A stretch of DNA of 64,000 nucleotides. Source: Octopus bimaculoides (lineage: Eukaryota). The DNA lies in NCBI RefSeq assembly GCF_001194135.2, contig NC_068986.1:45973092-46037091 (forward strand). The letters are read 5' to 3'. Position 1 is the stretch's first letter, and every line of letters begins with the position of its first letter. A program made the position numbers and the translations under genes. Positions 1 to 13,063 of the stretch are shown piece after piece. Below the pieces are notes generated by a model. It saw only the letters and a list, made by a program, of their open reading frames with translations, was not told the origin of the DNA and made no database searches.

Positions 1-47
<47 letters not shown>
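1..47. repeat. (AT)n microsatellite
   Basis: Pure AT array. Many similar arrays occur, e.g. ~4610-4665, 6535-6575, 19705-19760, 20395-20460, 49645-49720, 60895-60930. Confidence 0.99.
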
Positions 48-53
<6 letters not shown>

Positions 54-1184
54 CACACATGTACAACCTCCCCATACACTTATATTTGTACTACATACGT
101 TAAGCATAAACAATAAAGGCGATTATTCTTTATGGAAAATAATTGAATTTTGTATAGATCATTAAATGCTTGTTTTTGCTATCAAGAAATTATCAAAATT
201 AAATGGCATATTTTAAAAATGTATTAACTGTTTATTTATACAATTTAGTATAATTTAATTTAATAAAATAATTTTATTTTAGTTAAGAATACATAAGAAA
301 ATGTTAGATAAAGAATCATATAAGGTTTAGTTTTTATATAGGCATAAAAGCTTAAATTTATAGATTTATAGCTGATGGGAACTAGAACGTTAAGGTTATA
401 TTTTTCCAGAGAATTTTAACAGTGTAAATTAGGTTAAGAATTGAAATTAAGCCATGTGCCTAAAAAATTAATTAAAAATTAATTAATCAAAATTTTGAGA
501 GAATAAATCACTTATGTTTTGTAGTTTTACAAATGATTTATAGGGCTACATTATAAAAAAATATAATCATTGTAGGTTTTTGAGAGTTTAATTTTAGACA
601 ACAAATTTGTATCATTAGACAAGAAGATTAAAGCATTATTAAGCAAGTAGTAATAGCCAGTATTAAAGCTATATTTTAAGAAAATTGCAGTGATTTCATT
701 GAGAAGATAGTATAATTTTATTAAAAAAATTGAAAGTTTTAGAAAGGAAATTCTAAGAATACAGAGATTGAAGTTTTAGTAAGAAAACTAGAGGATTAAG
801 TAGACAGAAGAAGGATGTAAGTCAAAGTGAATAAGCAGAAGAGGACATTTATTTGAGCTCAAAGAGCAGAAGATGGAAGAAAGTGGAATAATTTAGCAGC
901 ATTGAATGAAAGTCTGTTGGGTTTCCACTGTCAAGAAACAGGACTAGTAAAAATGGATCTTAATAATATAATAATGATGTCAAATAATATAGGTATGTAT
1001 TAAGTAATGTATTGCTTGCATTAACAAAACTGAGTTTAAAATATTAAGTTTGTTTTAAACATTTCATAACCATCATTTTATTATCATATGAATATTAATA
1101 AAAAGGAATGATAAATTGTTAAGTATGGCTGACACTGATAGTATAAGTAGTTTTGGCTTTTTGTATTTTTTCAGGTCGTCTTAC

Positions 1185-1397
1185 CACAAGGTCCTCTCTG
1201 CTTTAGAATGATAGGGAGTTCGTTTTGGCAGGCATCTTTCTGAAGTTGGCATTCATTGTCGTATGTTACTCCATCACTCCCACATATAGGGCGCAGCACC
1301 GGCTCACAAGAGGTGGGACACACACACTCCGCTACCCCCTGTCGATTGATGTTGCATCTTTCGTACTTTCTGCACTTGTTCGCACAAGGGTTGGTGC
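1185..1397 (-). CDS. Internal coding exon encoding one follistatin-like (FOLN + Kazal) domain; agrin-like gene
   Basis: Translation TNPCANKCRKYERCNINRQGVAECVCPTSCEPVLRPICGSDGVTYDNECQLQKDACQNELPIILKQRGPC has the 10-Cys follistatin pattern and the Kazal motif PICGSDGVTYDNEC. Minus-strand acceptor is ttttgtcag|GC and donor is TGTG|gtaag. Length 213 nt (71 codons), phase 1 at both ends, as expected for modular extracellular-domain exons. Agrin is the best guess, but other Kazal-repeat proteins are not excluded. Confidence 0.9.
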
Positions 1398-3117
1398 CTG
1401 ACAAAACGTAAGGCAACATACGTACAGTTATCATCATTACTGTGGTAACCAAATATGATAGAGAGATAGAGAGAGGATGGGAGGAACTGAGGCAAGAAAA
1501 TATATAGATAGATAGAGGTTTTAGAATATAGAGAAAAGACAGAGTGTGTGGACAGGAAGTTTGATTGGGATGGACATATTTTTCAGGCAACAACATTTGG
1601 AATTAACACTAGTTGTAGTTGTAGACAAATTAAGCAAAGAGAAAGAAGGAAACTTATGGACAGACAGAAAGATATCATTCCTGTAAGTCAAGTCTCCCTC
1701 TATACAGCTTAAGATTCTTTGGTTTTGGACATAAAAAGGAAAAATTGATATCTTTTTTTCATCTCTTCTTCTGCTTCTTAATAATGTTTACATATTTCAT
1801 GAAGATTATTAATTTTAAAATTTTAGCATTAATTTTCAGCAATAATTTTTTCTTAAATATTATTATTTTTTTTTGTTTTTTGCCTATTGCAAAAATATGG
1901 ACACATTTTCTAAAGGAGAAATTATGAGTTTTTGTAGAGTAGAGAGTAAAATGGAAGTAAAATAATGCGAGAATTAAAAGAAAACAAATCATTATTAATT
2001 ATTATCATTCTCTGTATTTTAATTATGTATATACGTATGATTACATATATGTGTGTATGTGTGTGCAAGAATATTTATATATACATTTATATATATATAT
2101 ATATATACTTACACATGCACATATATATACACACATACATACATATTTATGTGAATATACATTTACACATATTATATATATATACATATATATATATAAA
2201 GGAAATGTTTAACATTGTGTGCCACATTAAGAACTCAACCAATATAAGCTTCTTTCCGTCTGAAACTCTGCTCCAAAGTATCAGATTCCAAATTCTGGAT
2301 TCTACTCCACTTGAAAACATTGCAAATGAAATAATGAAAACGTTTAAAAAAAAGGTAAGAGTTAAAAAATACCAAGGAAGGCTTGTAATCCAAACTACCC
2401 TGATTAATATTTTTATCATAAAAATCCACATTATTTTCCTATACATGTATATTCTGAATATATATATATATTTGTGTGTGTGTGTATGTGTGTGTGTATA
2501 TATATGCAAGAACTGGTTCACACTTTGTTTATGTTTTGCACAAAAACTTAAGAATGCATTTTGATACTGGATAATACCTAATCATGTTTCATATGCATGT
2601 GCTTGAGAGAGAGAGAGAGAGTGGGAGGGAAAACAAGGCTGTCAATTTCACATCACAGTTTTGTACAGTGTTTCATGTTTTATTAGTTTTGATACTATAC
2701 TCACAGCAATGCCCTGTTGTAGCCTTGTACATGATAGAAGCAAGAAACTCTAGTTATTTCCACATGCATACAAATGCATTACTAAACATTGTAAGTGAAA
2801 TGTATGATTTAGAATGTTTAAGGGTAAAAGCTTTGATAATACTTTTATAATATCGTATTTAATATTGAATAAAATTAGTGAATAAAAAATGGATTTTTCT
2901 GCATGGAAGAGCTTAGGGTGTCTCAATCTTTATCTAAATGGTGTGAATAGTAAAAGAGTTGGTAATAGAGAGCTTTTTTCTCCATAATCAAGAAGACTGT
3001 CTGAATAATAATTAAGAAGATAGTATGATAGTAAGACACTGGGTGCTGAATGCATAAGATTTGTGGCTGGAGGAGAGAAACTGTTTGAATATGATGCACT
3101 AATAGATGCAAAAATAG

Positions 3118-3262
3118 CTGTGTGGTTAAAAAGTTCACTTCACAACCACATGAACCCAGGTTCGATCTGATTGTGGGACATCCTGGGAAAATGTTTTCTA
3201 CCATAATCTTGGACTGATTTGTGAGAGAAAATCTGATAAGTAGAATCAATGGATAATCATTA
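3118..3262 (+). mobile_element. tRNA-headed SINE family B, 5' half
   Basis: gctgtgtggttaaaaagttcacttcacaaccacatgaacccaggttcgatc followed by a GT/AT microsatellite. Confidence 0.65.
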
Positions 3263-3589
3263 TACATGTGTGCGTGTGTGTGTGTGCATTTTCATGTATT
3301 ATATATACATTAATGTATATGGTTCTTTTATAGTGTGTATATGCAATGTGGACTCTGGCAAACAATATACACATCTGCATCTCAAAAGGACTTGGTTAAT
3401 TACTGCTGTAGAAATAAATTGAATCCCCGAGTAAAACAAAAGCAAACCACCATTGTAATGAGACTTGAAAGTCTTATGGACATGTATGTTTCACAAGGCC
3501 ACCAGAATTCGAAAGTTGATCTGAGATTTCCATCCATTCATGATCTATTGCTTGTGCATTCTTCACATAGAGAAAACAAGGAAGCTTAG

Positions 3590-3852
3590 AAAGAAACTGA
3601 GCATTAAAGAAATCAGCTTATGTGTGCAGGACAGACAGTCATACTACTGTGGGCACCTAATGTGAATGAGAAATACTTACTGAGGAATTAAAATGTGTTC
3701 TACTAAGGTAGACATAAAGAAAAAATAGTAAGGTCTGGTCTCAAGAGTTGGGCCATTATGGACATAAAGAAAGAAAATTAAGGAGAATGGTAATATGTCG
3801 AACGGTAGAGTTATCCAGTGTATGCTTGAATTGATAAATAGACATTTAAATT

Positions 3853-3884
<32 letters not shown>

Positions 3885-3915
3885 AAAGATGATGATGACT
3901 GATGATGATGGTGAT
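3590..3915 (+). mobile_element. RTE-like LINE 3' relic with (GAT)n tail
   Basis: KLSIKEISLCVQDRQSYYCGHLM resembles the RTE 'RRLRWYGHVMR' region. It ends in gacatttaaattat followed by a (GAT)n array from 3853. Confidence 0.45.
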
Positions 3916-4597
3916 AATAATGAGGATTGTTTTTTTCAGTTTTGTGTTATATTTCAGAATAGTGTTAGAATGAGTTAATAATATCTAAGTTACCAAATTT
4001 TACATGATGGTAAATGCTATCCTGCTGAATAGGTCATCTATGGCAACAATTCTAATACATTAGATGATGACTAATTTTTTTTTAAAGATATCTTTTATCC
4101 AGAGGCAAAGTTTGAATTTGTAGATGTTGTACTTTGTACCCTGTGTTTTAAAATCTGTTAAAAATTCTTGCCAATTATAGCATTTGGGAGTGCTGGTAAG
4201 TTTGGTCACACATGTAGTTTAGTTTAGATATTGCTTTATTAAATAAACTGTGAAACCAAGGTCTTGTAAAGCTGTAAGAAACTGAAGTTTTGGATTGAAG
4301 GCCCATTTCACACACATTAGCATACTGACACACAGACATAAACACGTGCATGCTCCCATACATAAGTGTTTATCGTTTATCATTTATATATAATTTTTGA
4401 TCACATGTATAAAAACACACAGAGATGATGTATACATAATAATTATATATACATACATTTTCAGGATATTTGTAATTTAAAAAATATACCTAAATACTTA
4501 TATCTGTATATATCTATAGCTGTGTGAGTGTGTTCACCCCTCTCTTTCTTTCTTTTTTCTCAAACATACATACACACACACACACACACATATATAC

Positions 4598-4668
<71 letters not shown>

Positions 4669-5858
4669 TTATTGCATGTGTGTATCTGTCTGCGAAGTCA
4701 TGAAGATTACAAAATGATAATTGTAGTTTAATGCTGCTGGTCTTATTTAGATGACTGTACTCAAATCTTCAATATCAAAGAAAACAGTTCCTAGTTACCA
4801 CATGTAAGTCTTTTTTATTCTTGATTTGAGCATATGTATGTTTTTGCTTTACAAAACATGAAAAAACATGTATGTATGCATGTGTGTATATGTATGCATA
4901 TATATATATAAAGATAGAGAGATAAATATACATATATATACCTTTGAACCCAACTTGAAACTAGATATTGTATTGAGTGTGCATTAATTAAATATTATAG
5001 CAATTTACATAAGATTTTATAATAATAAATTTTATAGTAGTTATTCATTAGCTTTGGGAAATATTTTCATCATTGTACAACACATAAACAAGAATTGTAA
5101 AATTGATCTAAAAAGTAATTTCAACAGTTTATTATATTCAACAGTTTAAACCTTTTATCTTACTGTAGATTTATGAGCCTTTATAGGAAAATGAGCATCA
5201 TAAAATATACTGTACAACTTTGAGTTGCATGAATTGATAAAATATTTTAAGGTTTGTGCTCAAATTTTTATCACTAAGTTAATTACAAACAAATGTGAAT
5301 TAATGAAATATCATTTTTGTTGACTTAAATTCAGCAATAAAATTGTTGCTGACTAAATATTAGTGAGAAAAAAAAAAGATTCATTACTAATAATACAGAT
5401 ATTTAATGTTCTGTTTTAAATTTACCTGACCATTAATCGAAAGAAAAGCCAAGTAAAATATGGAATATTCCTATCCATTTAATCTCTTGTAAAATATACT
5501 ATAGTTTATTTGGATTAATATGAATGAAGTAATATATTTCCTTAAGCACTCAAATGCAGTATTTAACACTTAATTGAATATTTTTTCAGAATTTGGCAGC
5601 TGAATAAATGTGTAATTATCAGTGAATGTTTACCCTGTTTTGGCATTAAATTTCTTTTCAAATATTTTCTTGGTTTCCACTGGCAATTAGAAGCTATAAC
5701 TGTTAATATTCTTCATAATGTTTTTGACATTTTAAGCACAATTATCCAGATTTTTTGTATCTTATAATATTTATAATAATGTTTGGTATCTGCTAGAACA
5801 TAAAATGTTTTGTGCTTTAAAATAAAGTATTTAAATTTGGTCTGAACTTATTCAATAG

Positions 5859-6014
5859 NNNNNNNNNNNNNNNNNNNNNNNNNNNNNNNNNNNNNNNNNN
5901 NNNNNNNNNNNNNNNNNNNNNNNNNNNNNNNNNNNNNNNNNNNNNNNNNNNNNNNNNNNNNNNNNNNNNNNNNNNNNNNNNNNNNNNNNNNNNNNNNNNN
6001 NNNNNNNNNNNNNN
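5859..6014. other. Assembly gap
   Basis: Run of N. Confidence 1.
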
Positions 6015-6019
6015 ATATA

Positions 6020-6055
<36 letters not shown>

Positions 6056-6528
6056 TGTATGTATGTATGTATGTATAAAATATCAGCAATTGGGATAGTG
6101 ATTTTTATCAAATAGTTCCATTTATATAGAAAGACAAAAAAGAATGTAGTTTCTGCAATGAACCAGAGGCCCAGTTCCTTAAATGTCTACAACCTATTGT
6201 ACCATATAATACTTTCAAATACTGAGTAGGCAACTACATTTTAACCAGAACAGATGAAATAAACTCATACACTAGAAATATACATGAAATCTTCTCAGAG
6301 TGTACAATGTTAACACAGAATTTGTCTTTGACAGGCAACCAGATACACATTCACAGAACAAAATAAAAACTAAAGCACATATAAGTATCAATATGATGAC
6401 CTTTATCAGCACTGGTATATCTTAGTTAAGTATGGGCTTATAAAAACTCACTTGGATTTTTTAAAATCTGATGTTTGAGTATTGAATACACTCATGTTAA
6501 CCACTTTATCATAAAAGAACATTACTCA

Positions 6529-6581
<53 letters not shown>

Positions 6582-7760
6582 CATATATATATACTGTGTG
6601 TGTGTGTGTGTGTGCGCATGTGAATGTGTGCATGTAAACCAAAACCCATTCATCTTCAAAGCTAACAGTTGATAGCTACTGTTTTGGTACTCTTGAATAA
6701 ATAAGACTCACTAGAACCAACATTCCTTCTGGTCAAACCAGTGGAAAGAACTGAAACCACAATTGCAAGCATGGAAGCACAGATACTTTAACAGTGCTAT
6801 GGCTACTTACAGAAATCTTCACTGCGATATGATACCTACTTACAATAAGCTAATTAGGGCAATTATTGGCTAAGTGCCTTAGACATGGATGCAGCACAAC
6901 AAAAGCGATACAAAAAGTAAACAAAGCATTTATACTGATTCTCTTGGGTACCATAATAGCATGACAATTGCATTGTTTGCTTACCTGTTTGTCTGTTTAT
7001 CAGCCTTTCCCCACTCCTCTCTCTGTCACACATATCTACACATATGTCTACACACTATGCACATACATTTTTATACAAACACATACACAGATATACAAGT
7101 ATACAATCACAAATGTATATGTACACACTCACACACGTGCACATACACATGCGTATAGACACACACACACACATATTTGTAGGGACATTGACCATTTGAT
7201 TTTAGACACTAAAATAGTGTTAGAAAAATTTAATTCCCTGGGAATATGAGGTTATGATCATCTTTTGTGTCATGGATTCATTTGCAATTTAATCTAGACC
7301 ACTTCACTGTTAAATAGCCCTAATAATAATATTGTTATGTAAAATATCTGAAAAAGCTATTGAAAAATCAGGGGCCCCTGAGAAACCACACTTTTAGAAA
7401 ACATCTAGCAATGCACTGAAACAAGGTGTTCAATGCCAATGTTTGTTGTATTTCACAGAATAATGTTGCTTATTTTTCTTTTCAATACTGTAGCAAGCCA
7501 AACTCTAAAAGCTTGTGAGAGTGAAGAGAAACAATAATTTTTATTTCTCTGATATACAACACAAGATGGAGAACTAGGTGCAGTAAATACAGTTAGTAGA
7601 TATTCATTTTTTTCCTTCTGAAATACAAAAGGATGCAGTTGCTTGGTTCTAAATTTTCCTTCAATCAATATAAGATGTGTATGCACACATACACAAGCAC
7701 ACACACACAAAACTTTTATTGATCAACAAAATTGTATTGTATTGTATTTTCAATAATAAT

Positions 7761-7969
7761 CCTTTCTTATTTTGGTACAAGGCCAGCAATTTTGGGGGTG
7801 GGAAAGTCAATTACTTCGATTGCAGAGCTCAGTTGGTACATATTTCATCGAATGAAAAGGATGAAAGGCAAAGATGATGTCAGTGGGATTTGAACTGAGA
7901 ACATAAAGAGGGACGAAATGCTGGTAAGCATTTTGTCTGTCATGTTAACCGTTTTGCCAACTTGCCACC
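7761..7969 (-). mobile_element. SINE family A copy
   Basis: Shares ggatgaaaggcaaag..gatttgaactgagaa and the head ..ttttgccaacttgccacc with 39578-39809; bordered by AAT repeats. Confidence 0.75.
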
Positions 7970-7981
7970 AAAATTAATTCC

Positions 7982-8037
<56 letters not shown>

Positions 8038-8056
8038 TAATAATAATAATAATAAT
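7982..8056. repeat. (AAT)n microsatellite
   Basis: About 25 units with one ATG variant, lying between two SINE copies. Confidence 0.98.
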
Positions 8057-8257
8057 TACTTCCAACATAATTGCAATACTTGAAATTAGTTGGGAGCAGC
8101 TTAGTTAATTAAATCAACATTAGTTCTTGATTTCAACTTTATTTTATTGACCTGACAGGATGAAAAGCAATGATGATCTTGGCAGGATTTGAACTGAGAA
8201 CTGGACCAATTATCACTAGGCATTTTTCAGATTTTAATGTATCTGCCAATTCACTAC
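8057..8257 (-). mobile_element. SINE family A copy (degenerate)
   Basis: Contains ggatgaaaagcaatgatgatcttggcaggatttgaactgagaa and tctgccaattcactac. Confidence 0.65.
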
Positions 8258-8272
8258 TCTAAATGTTCCAAC

Positions 8273-8476
8273 AATCCTCTTACATAGACATAAAATCTCA
8301 AATTTTGGGGAAAGGGAGTCATTAATTTAAACCAACGCCAGAACTTTAATATATATCAACTTTGGAAACATCAAAGGCAAAGTGGACCTCAGCAGAATTT
8401 GAACCCAGAATGTAAAAAGCCAGAAGAAATATTGCTTTTTGTCAAACATTCTAATGATTCTGCCAGTCCAACACCC
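8273..8476 (-). mobile_element. SINE family A copy (degenerate)
   Basis: Contains aaaggcaaagtggacctcagcagaatttgaacccagaatgt and ctaatgattctgccag. Confidence 0.7.
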
Positions 8477-11400
8477 TTATAATAACTAATAATAATGATG
8501 ATGATGATAATATGCAAATATTTAACTGCTAAAAGAAACTAAAATATATTTGGAACAAAGTTTAACTAAACTTACATTAACTACATAAAAAGTAGTAAGT
8601 AATATAATTCAACTATTTTAATAAAATATAATGTTAAAATGAGAGTATTTATTCTGTGGATATAATAAACAGAGTCTAGATATAATCTTGTTTGCTTTAA
8701 TGTAATACAATTAATAGGTGAAAATGAGATAAAACAATAAAATAACACAATAATTAATAGGAGTATATCACAAAATGTACAAACCTATAGAATAACAGAA
8801 ACTAGATATTGATAAGACTATGAATAGGCATTAGTTCTCATATGAGATTTAAGTTATCTCCAATGATGAAAACCTGCAAGCAATATCTGGAATCCTCAGC
8901 TAGTGTTTTAAGGGAAATTGCAAAGAGATGAAATTTGAAATCAAATCTTGTTGAGCCTCAAACTGGTTATGGCAGTTAGATGTTATATTAGCTCCATCAT
9001 GAAGTAAATGCTCAATATTAAGATAACAGTAGCAAGAGAAAGATAAATAAATATTAAACACATCAAAAGGAAATAAAGAATTTATACAAAAGAATACTAA
9101 GTAAACACAAATAATGGATCTTAAAACTGGACATGTTCTACTCACTGAAGTGATTTGACAAAATTATTCAGTCATATAGTTCACCACAAAAGGTGTAACT
9201 GCTCAGATTGGGTTAAAGTAATAAATTTTAAACTTTTGCAATGGCAGCAAAGATGGCAGCAAAATACAAGGAGCATATTCTAGAAGGATGTATCAGAAAT
9301 GGCTACAGCAGATATTAAACATATAAAATAGAGAGTTTTCTATTTATTCTTAATAGACAGAATTTTGAGATGGATGGAATGGTTTTCCTGAACTGGAACC
9401 AATATTTCATGAGATGTCTGGCATGTTTTAGTAAGCTAACAATTGATATTTGGAATGTATAACTAAAGCGGAAATTTAATTCAGGCAATAGCAGTTGAAC
9501 TGTTATATAGAGTAAAAATATATTCTGGTCAAAATAATACTTAAATAAAAATCAATAAAACAACTTGGAATCTTGTTTTCCAATCATGTATAAATCAGAT
9601 ATTTAATAAAGATGATATTTTCTCTAAAACATTCATGTAAAGAAGATCTAGATGTGAAAGACGGAATTTATTTTGTTAAAAAATGTTGAGAATTTTAAAA
9701 GATTTGAGTCATTTCAATATGAAGTTGCAATAAATTTCCATTATTAGCAACTTAAAGAATCTGATATTCTTTAGTCAAAGTATGACAATCGACTTTAGTC
9801 CGTTCGGTTTCCAAAATGAGATTCTACCTTAATTATCTTCTTCATATCAGACCTGTTTGTGCTAAATGACTGGGCTGAAGTACAATTTCAAATTCTGACA
9901 CTATTTGTTAACCTAGTTCTTTCCATCTGGTCTTTGAATTTCATTTTAGTAAATAATAACACATTGTTAATCTTCAGCCAAATCTTAATGAAACTGGATT
10001 CCCATGAAACTTCTTAGAGGAAAGCCATATGTATCAATATAGAAGAAGCCAGTTGAACTAGATCCAATTACAGCTGTTACATAAATCAAAATTAAAATAA
10101 TTTCACTCTCTTTTACTCAGTAGGGAACAACTACATGCATAAAACCTCTAGCTGGTAATACAATCTACATAATTCTTGTTGAATATATATTCAGTTTTAT
10201 CAAAACACAATGAATTTATTTTTATGAAAATCTTTAACAAAGATACAAATAGTGATATTAAATTCTCAAGTTCATATTCTATTTCATCCCTAGTTTGAAC
10301 ACTACACTCTCAAATTATTATCAAATTATATCCTGTCTCTCTCATGACTGTGGCAATGATCATTGCTCCTTGAAATTGTTGTCTGTGAATTCACTGCTTC
10401 CAACAATATTGATTTCTCTTGCTATTTTAGCAAGTACCTTTTTCAATGGGGCATTTCTCTGGACTCCATCTCATACCTGCCTATGTTTCTCTCTTTGATT
10501 TATAACCTTCAAGACTTCACATTACACATTAACTGTATCAAACTTTTGCATCTTTTGCCTATCTGTTAGTCATGGTGAAAGTGAATATTCAAGGGTGTAC
10601 CAGACATTCAATTCAAATTAAATTTAAAAAATAATATCTTAACTGAACCTAATAACAACACAGTATTTTACAGGTCTATTAGATTTATGTATTAAAGCGA
10701 ATTTAAAAAAAAATATCTTTTATGTATGGTTGACATACAGGGAATGCCATCATATATATCATATACAATCAGATATTGTGGAATAAAACTGCATGAACAT
10801 TAGTTAATGTTCTTCAGACAGTTCTGTACATGAAAGTATACTTGATTATTCAAACATAAAAATGTTACAGCATATTGAGATAACAAGAAAAAAAGTTGAT
10901 AGTTAATATTTTAAACTGGTAAATAAGAAAGACAACTTCAGATTGTCTTTTTTATAATTATTCATAAGAGAAGAGTAGCTACTGCGTAATTTGTTGAAGT
11001 ATTAGCAACCAAATTGCTATGTAATCATGGGATTTTACATTTGCTTCCATGGACTTCAAAAACATGCTGACAAATTAATTTCGTTTTAGATGTCATTCAC
11101 ATGATAATTGAACAGTCATATAAGAAAAAGCATATTTAATTATAAGAACATTAAAAAGCTAAAGTATATTCAGTTATGTGGTAAAAGGAAAATGTTAAAT
11201 TATGACAAATATTTTTTAAACTCATTTAACACTGACAACATTCATAAATTTAGCAGGTGAGTTAGAAGAATTAGCTACTTTTGTTTCAAACCTGGACTTA
11301 TATGACTTAATAGAATTTCTTACATAGTTTACATAATTAGATCTAAAGATAAATTTTTTCAACAATTGCAATATTACAAGGGAAATGCGAAAATCTTCCC

Positions 11401-11805
11401 TGTTGTCATTTGTTAATATCTTATCAGACTACCATAAGACATGTAGATACATTACAAAACTTCTTGAAAGAGTATGCAAAGATTAGGGTGATTTTAATAA
11501 GAAACAAATACTAAAAGAATTGATAAACTTTCTTAAATCAAATGTATATTAGACAATAGATAAAGGACAATTTTTGCAGGGAAACTTTGTAAATAAATAT
11601 ACTTTATAAAATGTTTAATTAATATAACTCAGGTTATGGTATGCTGAAGATTTCTAAAAAGAGTGAAATAGTACCATATATCATTACCACTCACAAGAAA
11701 TTTAAGAACTTCATAATAAGTAAAAAAATAAATAAATATGTGTATTCTATGCATCTTTTTCCTTACTTCTTAACTTCAAATTCCAACTTCTAACTCCACC
11801 AAATA

Positions 11806-13063
11806 TTAGGTCGTTAAGTATGAAATTTGTAGAAAAGAAAAAAGTTTGCTAATGTATACAAGGAATAGTTTTATTCATCAAAGTATGCACCCATATTGTC
11901 AATACACTTTTGTCATTTCAGTGGTAGCTTGTCCAGCCCAGAACTGTAAAAGCCTGGCAATCTAGAGTAAATAAAACCTTGGAAGACCTGTTTTACAGCA
12001 TCTTCGGAATTAGATTTTTTTCCTATCAAAAAGTTATCCAAATTCTGGAAGAAGTGGTAGTCAGTGGGGGCAAGATCAGGTGAGTAGGGTGGATGATAAA
12101 GAACTTCCAACTCCAACTCCTGTAGTTTCACCAATATCTGGTGTTGTCTTGCAGTACAATAAGAGTGGATCTGCTGACTAATCTAGGCTGTTTTATTTTT
12201 GTAAGTTTCTGCATCATTTGGTACGGTTGGCTGCAGTATACTTCGGCCATGATTGATGAGCCAGGTTTAATGAAATCACACTGAATCACACTTGTGTCAG
12301 ACCACCAAACCCACATCATCAGCTTCTTTTGATGAATTTTGCTGTTTGGACTGTGTTTTGTAGGCTCATCTCTGTCCGACCATTGTGCTGAACATTTATG
12401 GTTGTTGTATTGGATCTGTTTCTCATCCCATGTTACAATTCGATTCAAAATTCATTTTTGTGATGAGAAAGTAGCATAATGCAGGCTTCCAAACGTTGCC
12501 ATTTCTGATTTTCATTGAGTTCATGTGGAACCCATTTATCCAGCTTTTTCACTTTACCAATTTGAACTAGGTGAGTCAGTATTATTTACTTGCTAGCACC
12601 AAACAACAACGATAATTCACGAGCACTTTGAGATGGATCTGACTTGACGGTGGCTTTCAGTTTGTCATTATCCACCTTTGTTTCTGGCCGACCACATTGC
12701 TCATTTGTGAGGTCAAAGTTACCAGAACAAAATTTTGCAAATCAATTTGAAACTGTCTGCTATGTAATAACATTAGAATGAAATACTCCATTAATATTCC
12801 GAGCTGTCTGTGATGCTGTATTTCCAAGAAAGAACTCAATTTCAAAACTGTACGAATTTCTGACTTACCCATCTCTAAACAAAAATAGCAAAAAACGATT
12901 TATAAATACTTTATAAAGCACAAAATGAGTTAGAATAACGAAATAGATGTGTCAGCTTTCTAACAAAAAAGTAACGATTGTCAAAATATAATAACGGTGC
13001 AGAATGAGCAGTTGTCAAAGTTTACCATATACCTTACTACAAATTTCATACTTGATGACCTAA
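11806..13063 (-). mobile_element. Full-length mariner (Tc1/mariner superfamily) DNA transposon, inactive
   Basis: 27-bp TIRs: ttaggtcgttaagtatgaaatttgtag (11806-11832) and ctacaaatttcatacttgatgacctaa (13037-13063), 2 mismatches. TA flanks both ends (11804-05, 13064-65). Length 1258 bp with a transposase relic inside. Confidence 0.95.
11871..12872 (-). pseudogene. Mariner transposase pseudogene
   Basis: Start MGKSEIRTV; mariner motifs WVPHEL (12517-12534), RIVTWDEK, LQDN and HPPYSPDLAPTDYHFF; end QKCIDNMGAYFDE*. It carries frameshifts and stops, plus an apparent ~19-nt deletion between the second and third catalytic Asp if D34D spacing is assumed. Confidence 0.93.

Noticed and set aside
240-960. 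C-poor, purine-skewed stretch suggesting a NUMT
   Set aside because: No mitochondrial gene or tRNA is recognisable; at most a very old LINE relic.
1398-1596. N-terminal half of the 141-aa ORF 1171-1596
   Set aside because: It lies upstream of the splice acceptor and is low-complexity intron read-through; only 1185-1397 is coding.
2700-2755. Possible 45-nt minus-strand exon ending at a gtgagt donor
   Set aside because: There is no polypyrimidine tract at the acceptor and the peptide is uninformative.
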